Positions 39,271 through 46,987 of a stretch of DNA of 64,000 nt are shown here, piece by piece. The notes under the pieces are model-generated. The model had not been told where the DNA came from, did no database searches, and worked only from the letters and a program-made list of their open reading frames with translations. Where the stretch lies: positions 73,688 to 137,687 of IMG/VR virus record IMGVR_UViG_3300043411_001170, one strand, 5' to 3'. This DNA is from a virus. The position numbers and the translations under genes were made by a program. Each line of letters begins with the position of its first letter. Position 1 is the first letter of the stretch.

Positions 39271-39347
39271 AATAACTGATTTATAATTTCTGTGGGTAGA
39301 ACATCTATTTTACTTGTTTCATATTTATACAAGAAAGAGAGATTTAC

Positions 39348-39764
39348 ATGTCTACCGAACAAAAAAGGTCTTTAACTCCAGATAGTTTGAAAGTAAAAAT
39401 AGAAAGAGAAAAGTCAAAGAATGATATAATGCTGTCAGCGGCATCTTTGGCTACTGCCTTAGATGAATTAAGGACAGAAAGCAATTTTAAGAAATTTCTT
39501 GATTCATCGATGATTATTGGAATGGCAGTCTGTGATATTAATTTGAGATATGTACACACAACAAAATTATGGGAACATTTTTTTATGGGAGGTGTAAAAC
39601 CTCCTTATGTTCCATTAGTAACGGGGCGTTCGTCTAGAGATTTGCAAGGTACTAAAGGTATTGAGCCAGTTGTTTCAACTGATACAGGTAAATTATTTTG
39701 TTATTGGGAAAGATGGAAGGATGGACTAGAAGAAGGATACACATTTTATATTGTCCACTCTTAA
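39348..39764 (+). CDS. Coiled-coil plus PAS-like domain protein
   Basis: 'ESNFKKFLDSSMIIGMAVCDINLRYVHTTKLWEHFF...VTGRS' matches the first half of a PAS fold. Confidence 0.55.
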   Translation: MSTEQKRSLTPDSLKVKIEREKSKNDIMLSAASLATALDELRTESNFKKFLDSSMIIGMAVCDINLRYVHTTKLWEHFFMGGVKPPYVPLVTGRSSRDLQGTKGIEPVVSTDTGKLFCYWERWKDGLEEGYTFYIVHS

Positions 39765-39824
39765 TTAATAAAAGTCTAAATAAAAAATCTAAATCTATCA
39801 ATAAATGTATTAGTGAGGTTAAAA

Positions 39825-40343
39825 ATGGCTCAACAAAATGAAAAGTACAACGAGATGTTAAACAGCTTTCTAAAACACGTTTTAGAGGGGATAGAGAGAG
39901 TAAATAACCAATTTGATAAGATTACTGAACAATTTCAAAACTATAGAACCTATGTTCAGAATACATTTCAAGAAATAAGTCACAGTTTAGCAGATCTAAG
40001 AAGTAAGGCAAATGACATAGATAAATATAAGAGAGATTTGGAATCTTTAGATAAAGACGTAAGTGATATCACCAAAGATTTGGTAAATATCGATTTAACT
40101 ATTAAAGATCTAACTAGAAGACTTACTTTAGTAGAAAATCAAAACACTGAAGATAAAAAAGCAGATGATACCATAAATAAAGATTACGTAACGTTGGTAG
40201 CACAAGTCAGTATCTTAAAGGATAAGATTAAGGAATTAGAAGAACATATTAAGACTTTAAATGCTAAAGGTGGAATCGGAGGAAGTATTGGAGGTAGTGT
40301 CGGTGGTATTATAACAGGTATCATTGTTAAGTTTCTCGGATAA
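39825..40343 (+). CDS. Coiled-coil protein with C-terminal glycine-zipper membrane helix (holin/XhlA-like?)
   Basis: ATG at 39825 after GAGG; long heptad coil; ends GGIGGSIGGSVGGIITGIIVKFLG. Confidence 0.6.
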   Translation: MAQQNEKYNEMLNSFLKHVLEGIERVNNQFDKITEQFQNYRTYVQNTFQEISHSLADLRSKANDIDKYKRDLESLDKDVSDITKDLVNIDLTIKDLTRRLTLVENQNTEDKKADDTINKDYVTLVAQVSILKDKIKELEEHIKTLNAKGGIGGSIGGSVGGIITGIIVKFLG

Positions 40344-40368
40344 TTCTTTTACGTGAGGAAGTAAATAA

Positions 40369-40623
40369 ATGGCTCAACAAGAGTTAGTAGGGACATTATC
40401 ACAAGAAGATTTTAGCTTTCTTAGGGATTCTCATGAAACACTTGAGAATCTCCTTAAGGAGCTAGCACGATTAGACAGAGAAAAATTTAAAACCAATACT
40501 TATTTAAATAGTCTAGAAAAAGTAATAGAGGATCGTCTGGTTTCTATCAGAGAAGCTTTTAAGATACCAGATGATGTGAAATGCGAAATTATCGGAAATA
40601 AAATTTATACTATAACTTTCTAA
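40369..40623 (+). CDS. Small coiled-coil hypothetical protein
   Basis: 84 aa, GAGG SD. Confidence 0.6.
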   Translation: MAQQELVGTLSQEDFSFLRDSHETLENLLKELARLDREKFKTNTYLNSLEKVIEDRLVSIREAFKIPDDVKCEIIGNKIYTITF

Positions 40624-40636
40624 ATCTAGGTTAAAT

Positions 40637-42061
40637 ATGGCTCTTACTGGATGGAATATAGATCCCACATCATTTCCTGCTGCACCTTTTAATGGTCAAG
40701 TATTGTCTCCGTTTAAGCAGGGAATGTTAGATATCCGTTGGGATAATCCAGCCATTTTAGCAAAAAATGCGATGTGGTCTGTTGTAGGTGTAAATGTTTA
40801 TCGTTCAGATGTAGGAGAATACGGACCTTATTTCAGAATAAATAATGTTCCTATTAGTGGAACTTTTTACAGAGACTCGACAGATATTATTTCTGTGACA
40901 GAGGCAATGGATTGGAATGAATCTTGGAAATTTAAAGGAGACGAGCCGAGGACACGTAGATGGGTGTTGACTACCATGAAACCCATCTACAAACAAGATT
41001 CAGAGAAAGTTGTTTATGCCAATAGTCCTGAAGATGTCTTTATTACAATAAATGACCAGCAAGTAAGGGCTATTGAGGTAGATGGTGCTCTTTGTGAAAT
41101 AGTCATAGACACCAATGAATATTTTGACATTGTATTAAATACGAAAATACCTCCTATCATCCCTGATGCCTCTTCTACTGTATTAGTTACATACCACACT
41201 TTAAGAAATGAAGTTAAATCCAGATTGGACGAAAAGGTATTCTATAGATTAACTACTGTTGCTCTATCTTCTTGGTCCCCCTCAGGTTATGTTGAGACAC
41301 CCTTGGATTTTGCACAACCTATTACATCCATAGCTATAGAATCTTTAGACTATATATGGAGAGAGGCTGTAAGAAGAAATAATTGGATACTAGAACAGGG
41401 TGGTGAAAGAGTAAAAATATTTATAAGAAAAACAGCAGGTATACCATGTACTTGCGGTTATCAACAGAGAGTTTTAGAATATAATAAGAAACCAAAAGTA
41501 AACTGTATTTATTGTTATGGCACTGGATTCATAGGTGGATATGAAGGTCCGTGGGAACAAGTTATAGTACCCGATGATGCTGAGAGAAGAATTTCTCAGA
41601 GATTAGGTGGACGAGATATTGAACATACTTATGAAGTATGGACAGGTCCGTCTCCTTTATTGACTCAAAGAGACTATATAGTAAAACAGACAAACGAAAG
41701 ATATTCTATAGGGGCAATAAGAAAGCCTACTAATAGAGGAAATGTTTTACAACAGCATTTTAATATAAAGTATATATCGGAGAATGATATTCGTTATAAA
41801 GTCCCCATTGACGGAACAACGAATATGCCGTGGCCACAGTCTAGAATTACTATTGATAGTAGAGAAAGAATGCTTGTTTATCCGTTAGCCTCTTACGGAC
41901 CTATGACACCTATTAACGGCCCTTGTGAACATGGTCCTCAAGTATACCCTGTAGATTTAAGTAATTATATTACAACACCTTTGGAAACGGATAAGAAAAA
42001 TATACCCGATACAAGAGAACATAGAGGAAGAACTCAAGTGTGGGAAAATCAGAATTATTAA
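40637..42061 (+). CDS. Putative head-closure/neck protein with FN3-like N-domain and CxC...CxxC zinc site
   Basis: 'IRWD...GVNVYRS...GPY.RIN...FYRD' FN3-like; 'GGERVKIFIRK...CTC...CIYCYGTGFIGGY...PLLTQRDYIV...RYSI'. Confidence 0.6.
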   Translation: MALTGWNIDPTSFPAAPFNGQVLSPFKQGMLDIRWDNPAILAKNAMWSVVGVNVYRSDVGEYGPYFRINNVPISGTFYRDSTDIISVTEAMDWNESWKFKGDEPRTRRWVLTTMKPIYKQDSEKVVYANSPEDVFITINDQQVRAIEVDGALCEIVIDTNEYFDIVLNTKIPPIIPDASSTVLVTYHTLRNEVKSRLDEKVFYRLTTVALSSWSPSGYVETPLDFAQPITSIAIESLDYIWREAVRRNNWILEQGGERVKIFIRKTAGIPCTCGYQQRVLEYNKKPKVNCIYCYGTGFIGGYEGPWEQVIVPDDAERRISQRLGGRDIEHTYEVWTGPSPLLTQRDYIVKQTNERYSIGAIRKPTNRGNVLQQHFNIKYISENDIRYKVPIDGTTNMPWPQSRITIDSRERMLVYPLASYGPMTPINGPCEHGPQVYPVDLSNYITTPLETDKKNIPDTREHRGRTQVWENQNY

Positions 42062-42076
42062 TTATGTAGGTGTTAG

Positions 42077-42430
42077 ATGCCATCAATAGAAGCTATAGTA
42101 ATGACTTCTTTAAAGAAGAGAATACAGAAGTCTCCTCTATTATCTAGAGACAAACCCTTCTTAGATTCTATCAAAATCAAAAATATTGGCGGTAAATTAG
42201 TTATAGAGTACGAAGATGAGGATGGTATAATAAAGGAGAGTACTTCTGAGGATTCATCAGAAGTCTCAGATGACAGTGATTCTGAATCATCTGAATCATC
42301 ACAGGAAACATCAGTAAAAATAACTGTTGATCCTAAATTGAAATTATTTAAGAGCTTAAAAAAACAAGTGATAGAGGATGGTCTGAAAGACTCTATCCCG
42401 AAAATACTTGAAAAATTAATATTTAAATGA
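42077..42430 (+). CDS. Hypothetical protein (possible tail-completion/neck)
   Basis: 117 aa, ATGA-coupled to the next gene. Confidence 0.55.
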   Translation: MPSIEAIVMTSLKKRIQKSPLLSRDKPFLDSIKIKNIGGKLVIEYEDEDGIIKESTSEDSSEVSDDSDSESSESSQETSVKITVDPKLKLFKSLKKQVIEDGLKDSIPKILEKLIFK

Positions 42431-43362
42431 GATTTAGGAACAAAAAAATGGAAGAGGTTACATTTATATGTCAAACCCTTTCTTTAAAGTTAACCGATTT
42501 CGGTCTTACTTTAGAAAGAGGATCAGTTGCTACAATTCCTAAAAATTTAGCGCAAAATTCAAAACAGTTTATGGATTCTTTAAAACAAGGACTCATAAAA
42601 GTTCTTTCTAATAGTAATTCAGCTAACGCTACAGTACCTCCTGTTGTAAAGCCACTTCCTCCTGTAGTAATTAGTCAAAATAAGAACAAAGATTACAAAT
42701 TAAGACATAAACAGTCTAATAGAGAACCTGCTCCTACTAAATCATCTGTTACTATCGTTAATGAATCTAGTATCTCTGATAAACATATAACGGACTTGAA
42801 ATATTGTATCTCTCAAGAGAATGAATCTGTAAAAGAACGATTAAATATGGTTGAAAACCTATTTTCTAATTTAACCCAGAAAATAGATAAATCATTAGCA
42901 GAGATACAATTTATTAAAGAGTCTCTAAAGACAGATCTGAATGTAGAGATAAAAGATGTTATCAATGAGGTTATATTTCCTATCCAAAAAACTTTAAAGC
43001 AATTAAGCTCTGTTTTTGATATGGACGCTGTTGATGTTATAGATAAGAAAAAAGTATTTGAAACAGTTCAAGTAGTTGTTTCTGAATGTTTAAGAAGTAT
43101 GAGTTCCATTGACTATATCAAAATAGAAGATATTATAGATAAAACTATACAAAAGAATATGGAAAATTCTAATGTAAAGAAAACATTTTCTATTCCAGAA
43201 GAGATGAAATCTACGGTGGCTCCTCTATCTGAACTTAAATTAGAGACTTTTATACCTGGAAATTTTAAAACCAGTGAGATGGTTTCTACAGGACTGGATT
43301 CAAATAGCGGAAATGGAATCTCTAAGACAGTGAAAAAGAAACCGGGTAGACCCCAACAGTAA
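42427..43362 (+). CDS. Coiled-coil protein upstream of the actin homolog
   Basis: 311 aa: small N-domain, Pro linker, coiled coil, basic tail KKKPGRP. Confidence 0.65.
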   Translation: MRFRNKKMEEVTFICQTLSLKLTDFGLTLERGSVATIPKNLAQNSKQFMDSLKQGLIKVLSNSNSANATVPPVVKPLPPVVISQNKNKDYKLRHKQSNREPAPTKSSVTIVNESSISDKHITDLKYCISQENESVKERLNMVENLFSNLTQKIDKSLAEIQFIKESLKTDLNVEIKDVINEVIFPIQKTLKQLSSVFDMDAVDVIDKKKVFETVQVVVSECLRSMSSIDYIKIEDIIDKTIQKNMENSNVKKTFSIPEEMKSTVAPLSELKLETFIPGNFKTSEMVSTGLDSNSGNGISKTVKKKPGRPQQ

Positions 43363-43378
43363 GTAAAAAAGGATTACA

Positions 43379-44398
43379 ATGTTAGAAGTAAAACATGGTG
43401 TTGGTATTGATATCGGAACAATGAATATTGTGGCCTCTAGACAAAGAGGTGAAGACGTAGAAAACTCTCGTATTAGAGATGCTTTTATTATTCTTCCTTT
43501 ATCATCTAAGAGAAGTCTAAAGATGATGAAGAATATTCCTTTTATAACCCGTTATGATGGAACGGAAGATAAACCTGTAGAAAAGGATATTATCGTAGTT
43601 GGTGATAAAGCACTGGAACTTGCCTCTACATTTGATTACCCAATTCGTAGACCTTTGGCTGAAGGATTACTATCTTCAAAAGAGTTAGACTCTGTGGAGA
43701 TCTTGCAAAAACTGATTTCCAGTGTTTTAGGAAAACCTGCTGTTCCTAATGAAGCATGTTATTTCTCTGTTCCATCCGAACCTGTAGATACGAATAGAGA
43801 TGTCGTATACCATACAGAAATCCTAAGGAAAATTGTCGCAAATCTTGGATATAAACCATATCCTGCCAATGAAGCTATGGCAATTATCTATTCAGAAGCA
43901 GAGCAAGAAAACTACAGTGCCATTGCGATTTCTTTCGGGTCAGGAATGACTAACGTAGCTCTTTCTTTTAATGCTATGTCAGGTCTTGAATTCTCTATTT
44001 CAAGAGGTGGTGACTGGATTGATAATAGCTCTGCTTCTGCTTTAGGCCGACATGTTGCCTATATGTGTTCCCTAAAAGAAAAAGGTGTAGACCTTCTATC
44101 TCCCAAAAATCAAGAAGAAGAAGCTGTTGCATTCTATTATTCTGCTCTTATTCGATATGTTATTGAACATTTTAAGAGACAGTTTGTCAATAAATGCAAA
44201 CTATCTATTTCAAGACCCATCCCTATTATTATCAGTGGTGGGACTTCAAAGGCAGGAAATTTCGTAAATCTTTTTAGGTCTACCTTTGAACAGTTGAAGT
44301 CTGATTTTCCCATCCAGATTTCAGAAATTAAACATGCAAAAGATCCATTAAATGCTGTAGCTGATGGCATGTTGGTACAAGCCCTACAAGAAGAATAA
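43379..44398 (+). CDS. Actin-like ATPase (MreB/MamK/ParM superfamily)
   Basis: Phosphate-1 GIDIGTMN, MreB-like RRPLAEG, connect-1 NEAMAII, phosphate-2 ISFGSGMT, GGDWID, adenosine IIISGGTS, connect-2 DPLNAVADG. Confidence 0.88.
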   Translation: MLEVKHGVGIDIGTMNIVASRQRGEDVENSRIRDAFIILPLSSKRSLKMMKNIPFITRYDGTEDKPVEKDIIVVGDKALELASTFDYPIRRPLAEGLLSSKELDSVEILQKLISSVLGKPAVPNEACYFSVPSEPVDTNRDVVYHTEILRKIVANLGYKPYPANEAMAIIYSEAEQENYSAIAISFGSGMTNVALSFNAMSGLEFSISRGGDWIDNSSASALGRHVAYMCSLKEKGVDLLSPKNQEEEAVAFYYSALIRYVIEHFKRQFVNKCKLSISRPIPIIISGGTSKAGNFVNLFRSTFEQLKSDFPIQISEIKHAKDPLNAVADGMLVQALQEE

Positions 44399-44420
44399 GC
44401 ATAAAATTAGATTGTTATTT

Positions 44421-44454
44421 AATAAAGGCTCCTTTCGAGGGGCTTTTATTTTTT
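44421..44454 (+). terminator. Intrinsic terminator after actin gene
   Basis: AATAAAGGCTCCT-TTCG-AGGGGCTTTTATT plus T run; UUCG loop. Confidence 0.85.
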
Positions 44455-44468
44455 ATAGGTAACTAAAA

Positions 44469-45671
44469 ATGTTCCAATATCTAACAGAACCACTTACACA
44501 GTTCTTTATTAGAGAACTTAGAGAATTCTGGTCAACACACCCAAAGTACCCAGGACTTGTTGAGAATATACAAGGTAAATACTCATGGGAAACAGAACCC
44601 AATGAAGGAATTATAGTAAAAAGTTCAGGGTCTTCTCATGTTCGTTACTCAGCAGATAACTATAAAGGTATTAGATATAGTTACGCTACATTGTTTAAAC
44701 CAAAAGGTACAAGAGGTGTGTCTATAGAATGGCTGAAAGAAGATGCCTTAGCTATAAAAAATAATAATGGTTACTTTCCTTCTCCTCCAGGTTTTTATTT
44801 TGTAAAAATCCTTAGCGTTGATAATTTAAATGGAATACTAACATTTAATGTCACAAGATATTATGACATTACAGATGAGATATTGGCTCTTGATAGTTTA
44901 TCCAATGGTACTCTATTACATGTTCCTCTACAGAATACAGTTTCTATTAGAGTAATGCCTAGTGACTATCAATTATTTGAAAATATAAATTACATCGTGA
45001 ACTATACAACTGGAGAAATAACTTTTATACAACCTCTACCTCCTACACCTTCTTATGTCACAGTATCATATAGATATAGCGGTGGAGTCTCAGATCCCTA
45101 TAAAGTACAGGAAGAGTCTTACCATAAAAATGCTATCCCTGGTGTTTTAATGGCTTTTGGAAGGAGATCATTTGTCAATGATATCATGGTAATAGCTGTA
45201 ACCAAATTAAGAGAGCCTGCTTATAAAGTGTATGGTGGTAGGTGGAGTGGAACGATAGATCTAGACTGTTTTTCTAAAGACGAATACGGTCAGAGAGAGA
45301 TAACGACCTGGACCATGAATTTTGTTGAGGCAATGTTGCGACCTGCTGCAACTGCATTTGGTATAGAAATTACAGAAGTAAGTGGTGGTGATGCCACTGA
45401 AGAACCTTATGATGATAATGCAGATGACTATAAATATAGTGCAACCGTATCTGTAACTGTCGATACAGAATGGGAGATGCATAATCCTATAGTCGGTAGA
45501 GTCTCTAGTATCGAGCCATTGACATTATTTGAACAGCAGCAATATGCAGGATTAACGGACGAACAAATAGCCCTTGTATCTAATAATATTAGATATACAC
45601 AGTCTATAGGTCTTGTAAGTATCCAAGATCCATTTTTTAATGGACGTAGAACTTTTGAATCCATAAAATAA
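44469..45671 (+). CDS. Putative tail terminator/completion protein with inserted beta domains
   Basis: C-terminal 'GTIDLDCFSKD...REIT...YSATVSVTVDTEW' terminator-like; lies before the sheath. Confidence 0.55.
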   Translation: MFQYLTEPLTQFFIRELREFWSTHPKYPGLVENIQGKYSWETEPNEGIIVKSSGSSHVRYSADNYKGIRYSYATLFKPKGTRGVSIEWLKEDALAIKNNNGYFPSPPGFYFVKILSVDNLNGILTFNVTRYYDITDEILALDSLSNGTLLHVPLQNTVSIRVMPSDYQLFENINYIVNYTTGEITFIQPLPPTPSYVTVSYRYSGGVSDPYKVQEESYHKNAIPGVLMAFGRRSFVNDIMVIAVTKLREPAYKVYGGRWSGTIDLDCFSKDEYGQREITTWTMNFVEAMLRPAATAFGIEITEVSGGDATEEPYDDNADDYKYSATVSVTVDTEWEMHNPIVGRVSSIEPLTLFEQQQYAGLTDEQIALVSNNIRYTQSIGLVSIQDPFFNGRRTFESIK

Positions 45672-45681
45672 AGGTTTAGAC

Positions 45682-46119
45682 ATGCCTAGTTATAATTATC
45701 TTTGTGATAGCTGTGGATTATTTTTTGATAAAGCGTTTAAATTAGGGAAAAATCCAGATAAATGTACATGTAGTTGTGGTTCTATAGCAGAAATCCAGCT
45801 ATCGGAAGATATTGCATATGAGTTTGATATTAAAACGGAAGGTTTAAATATTCAAAATTCTGGTGTTGTTTCATTAGATTATGATTATGACACGATTATT
45901 GGAAATGATGCAAAGCAACGATGGAAAACAATAGAAGAAAGAGACTCCTATAAACGTTCCCTGATAAAAGATACTAATGGTGCTAGGGAAAGAGATTTAA
46001 TGGTCATTTATAATGACAAAGAGGATTCTGATTATAAACTTTGGAATATACAACAAAAAAGACGTGCAGGTAAATTACGATTACAAGTTGAAAAGTTAAC
46101 TAAAATAAAATTAACATAA
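45682..46119 (+). CDS. Second FmdB-family zinc-ribbon protein
   Basis: MPSYNYLCDSCGLFFD...CSCG. Confidence 0.75.
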   Translation: MPSYNYLCDSCGLFFDKAFKLGKNPDKCTCSCGSIAEIQLSEDIAYEFDIKTEGLNIQNSGVVSLDYDYDTIIGNDAKQRWKTIEERDSYKRSLIKDTNGARERDLMVIYNDKEDSDYKLWNIQQKRRAGKLRLQVEKLTKIKLT

Positions 46120-46128
46120 GGTATTAAA

Positions 46129-46986
46129 ATGTTTTATCGAACTCCCTATATAAAAAGGAAAGGTTTAAAAGGAAGAGGTACTTCTGTATATCTTCCTTTT
46201 GCTGCGGATATGGTATGGAAGCATACAAAAAACTATAAGGGAGGGATGAATATTGCTCGACGTAACAGTGATGGAAAAGAATTTCTTATAAAGGATCTAA
46301 AGAAAAATGGTCGATATTTGCCGTTAGCTAATAATTATAGAAAACAATTTAAATTAAAATGGGATAAATTAACGGCTTTACAGAAATCTTCGGAAATAAG
46401 TAGAATTGTTCCTAGAGTGACTAATAGAAAGATGAAAGTGCTAGTGATGAGATATGCTAGAAATCTTCTACAGAAAAATCTGAAGTCTCCATATAGGAAA
46501 ATGGAAAATAAATACAAGACTTTTAAGGTAAACCCCTATTCCTATAAATCTTCTTTTTCTCGTAATCCTTTTAAAAAGTGGTCATCTGCTATCAAAAAAG
46601 AAGCAATAGACTTGATGAGTAAGATTGCAGTTACTTTAGAGGATAGATTAAAAACACGTCGAAGATTAAATAAAGAATCTTTTTCTATGGTCAATGCAGA
46701 AGAAATAGCATGGGAAAATACAGATGATGAGGGTGGCGGATTAAATGATCTTTTGAATCCTTACACGAAAGAAAAAGTAGAATATCGTTACTATGTTTCG
46801 GATAAAGGAAAATTTAATAATAAAGTCTTATCAGAGAGGAAAAAGTTCTATAATCATATTTCTGATTTAGACAATACTGCTAAGATAAAATTTTTTACAA
46901 AAATATTAAGTGATATTTCTGATTCTAAAGAAAAAAAGATAGTTAAGGATTATATTAATACGCTAAAGACTTCAGATGAGGGCTGA
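46129..46986 (+). CDS. Highly basic hypothetical protein (putative DNA-binding internal head protein)
   Basis: K/R-rich 285 aa; KKEAIDLMSKIA motif. Confidence 0.6.
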   Translation: MFYRTPYIKRKGLKGRGTSVYLPFAADMVWKHTKNYKGGMNIARRNSDGKEFLIKDLKKNGRYLPLANNYRKQFKLKWDKLTALQKSSEISRIVPRVTNRKMKVLVMRYARNLLQKNLKSPYRKMENKYKTFKVNPYSYKSSFSRNPFKKWSSAIKKEAIDLMSKIAVTLEDRLKTRRRLNKESFSMVNAEEIAWENTDDEGGGLNDLLNPYTKEKVEYRYYVSDKGKFNNKVLSERKKFYNHISDLDNTAKIKFFTKILSDISDSKEKKIVKDYINTLKTSDEG

Positions 46987-46987
46987 T

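Noticed and set aside
42062-44468. ParMRC-style centromere near the actin gene
   Set aside because: Flanking intergenic gaps are at most about 70 nt and contain only a terminator; no iterons.
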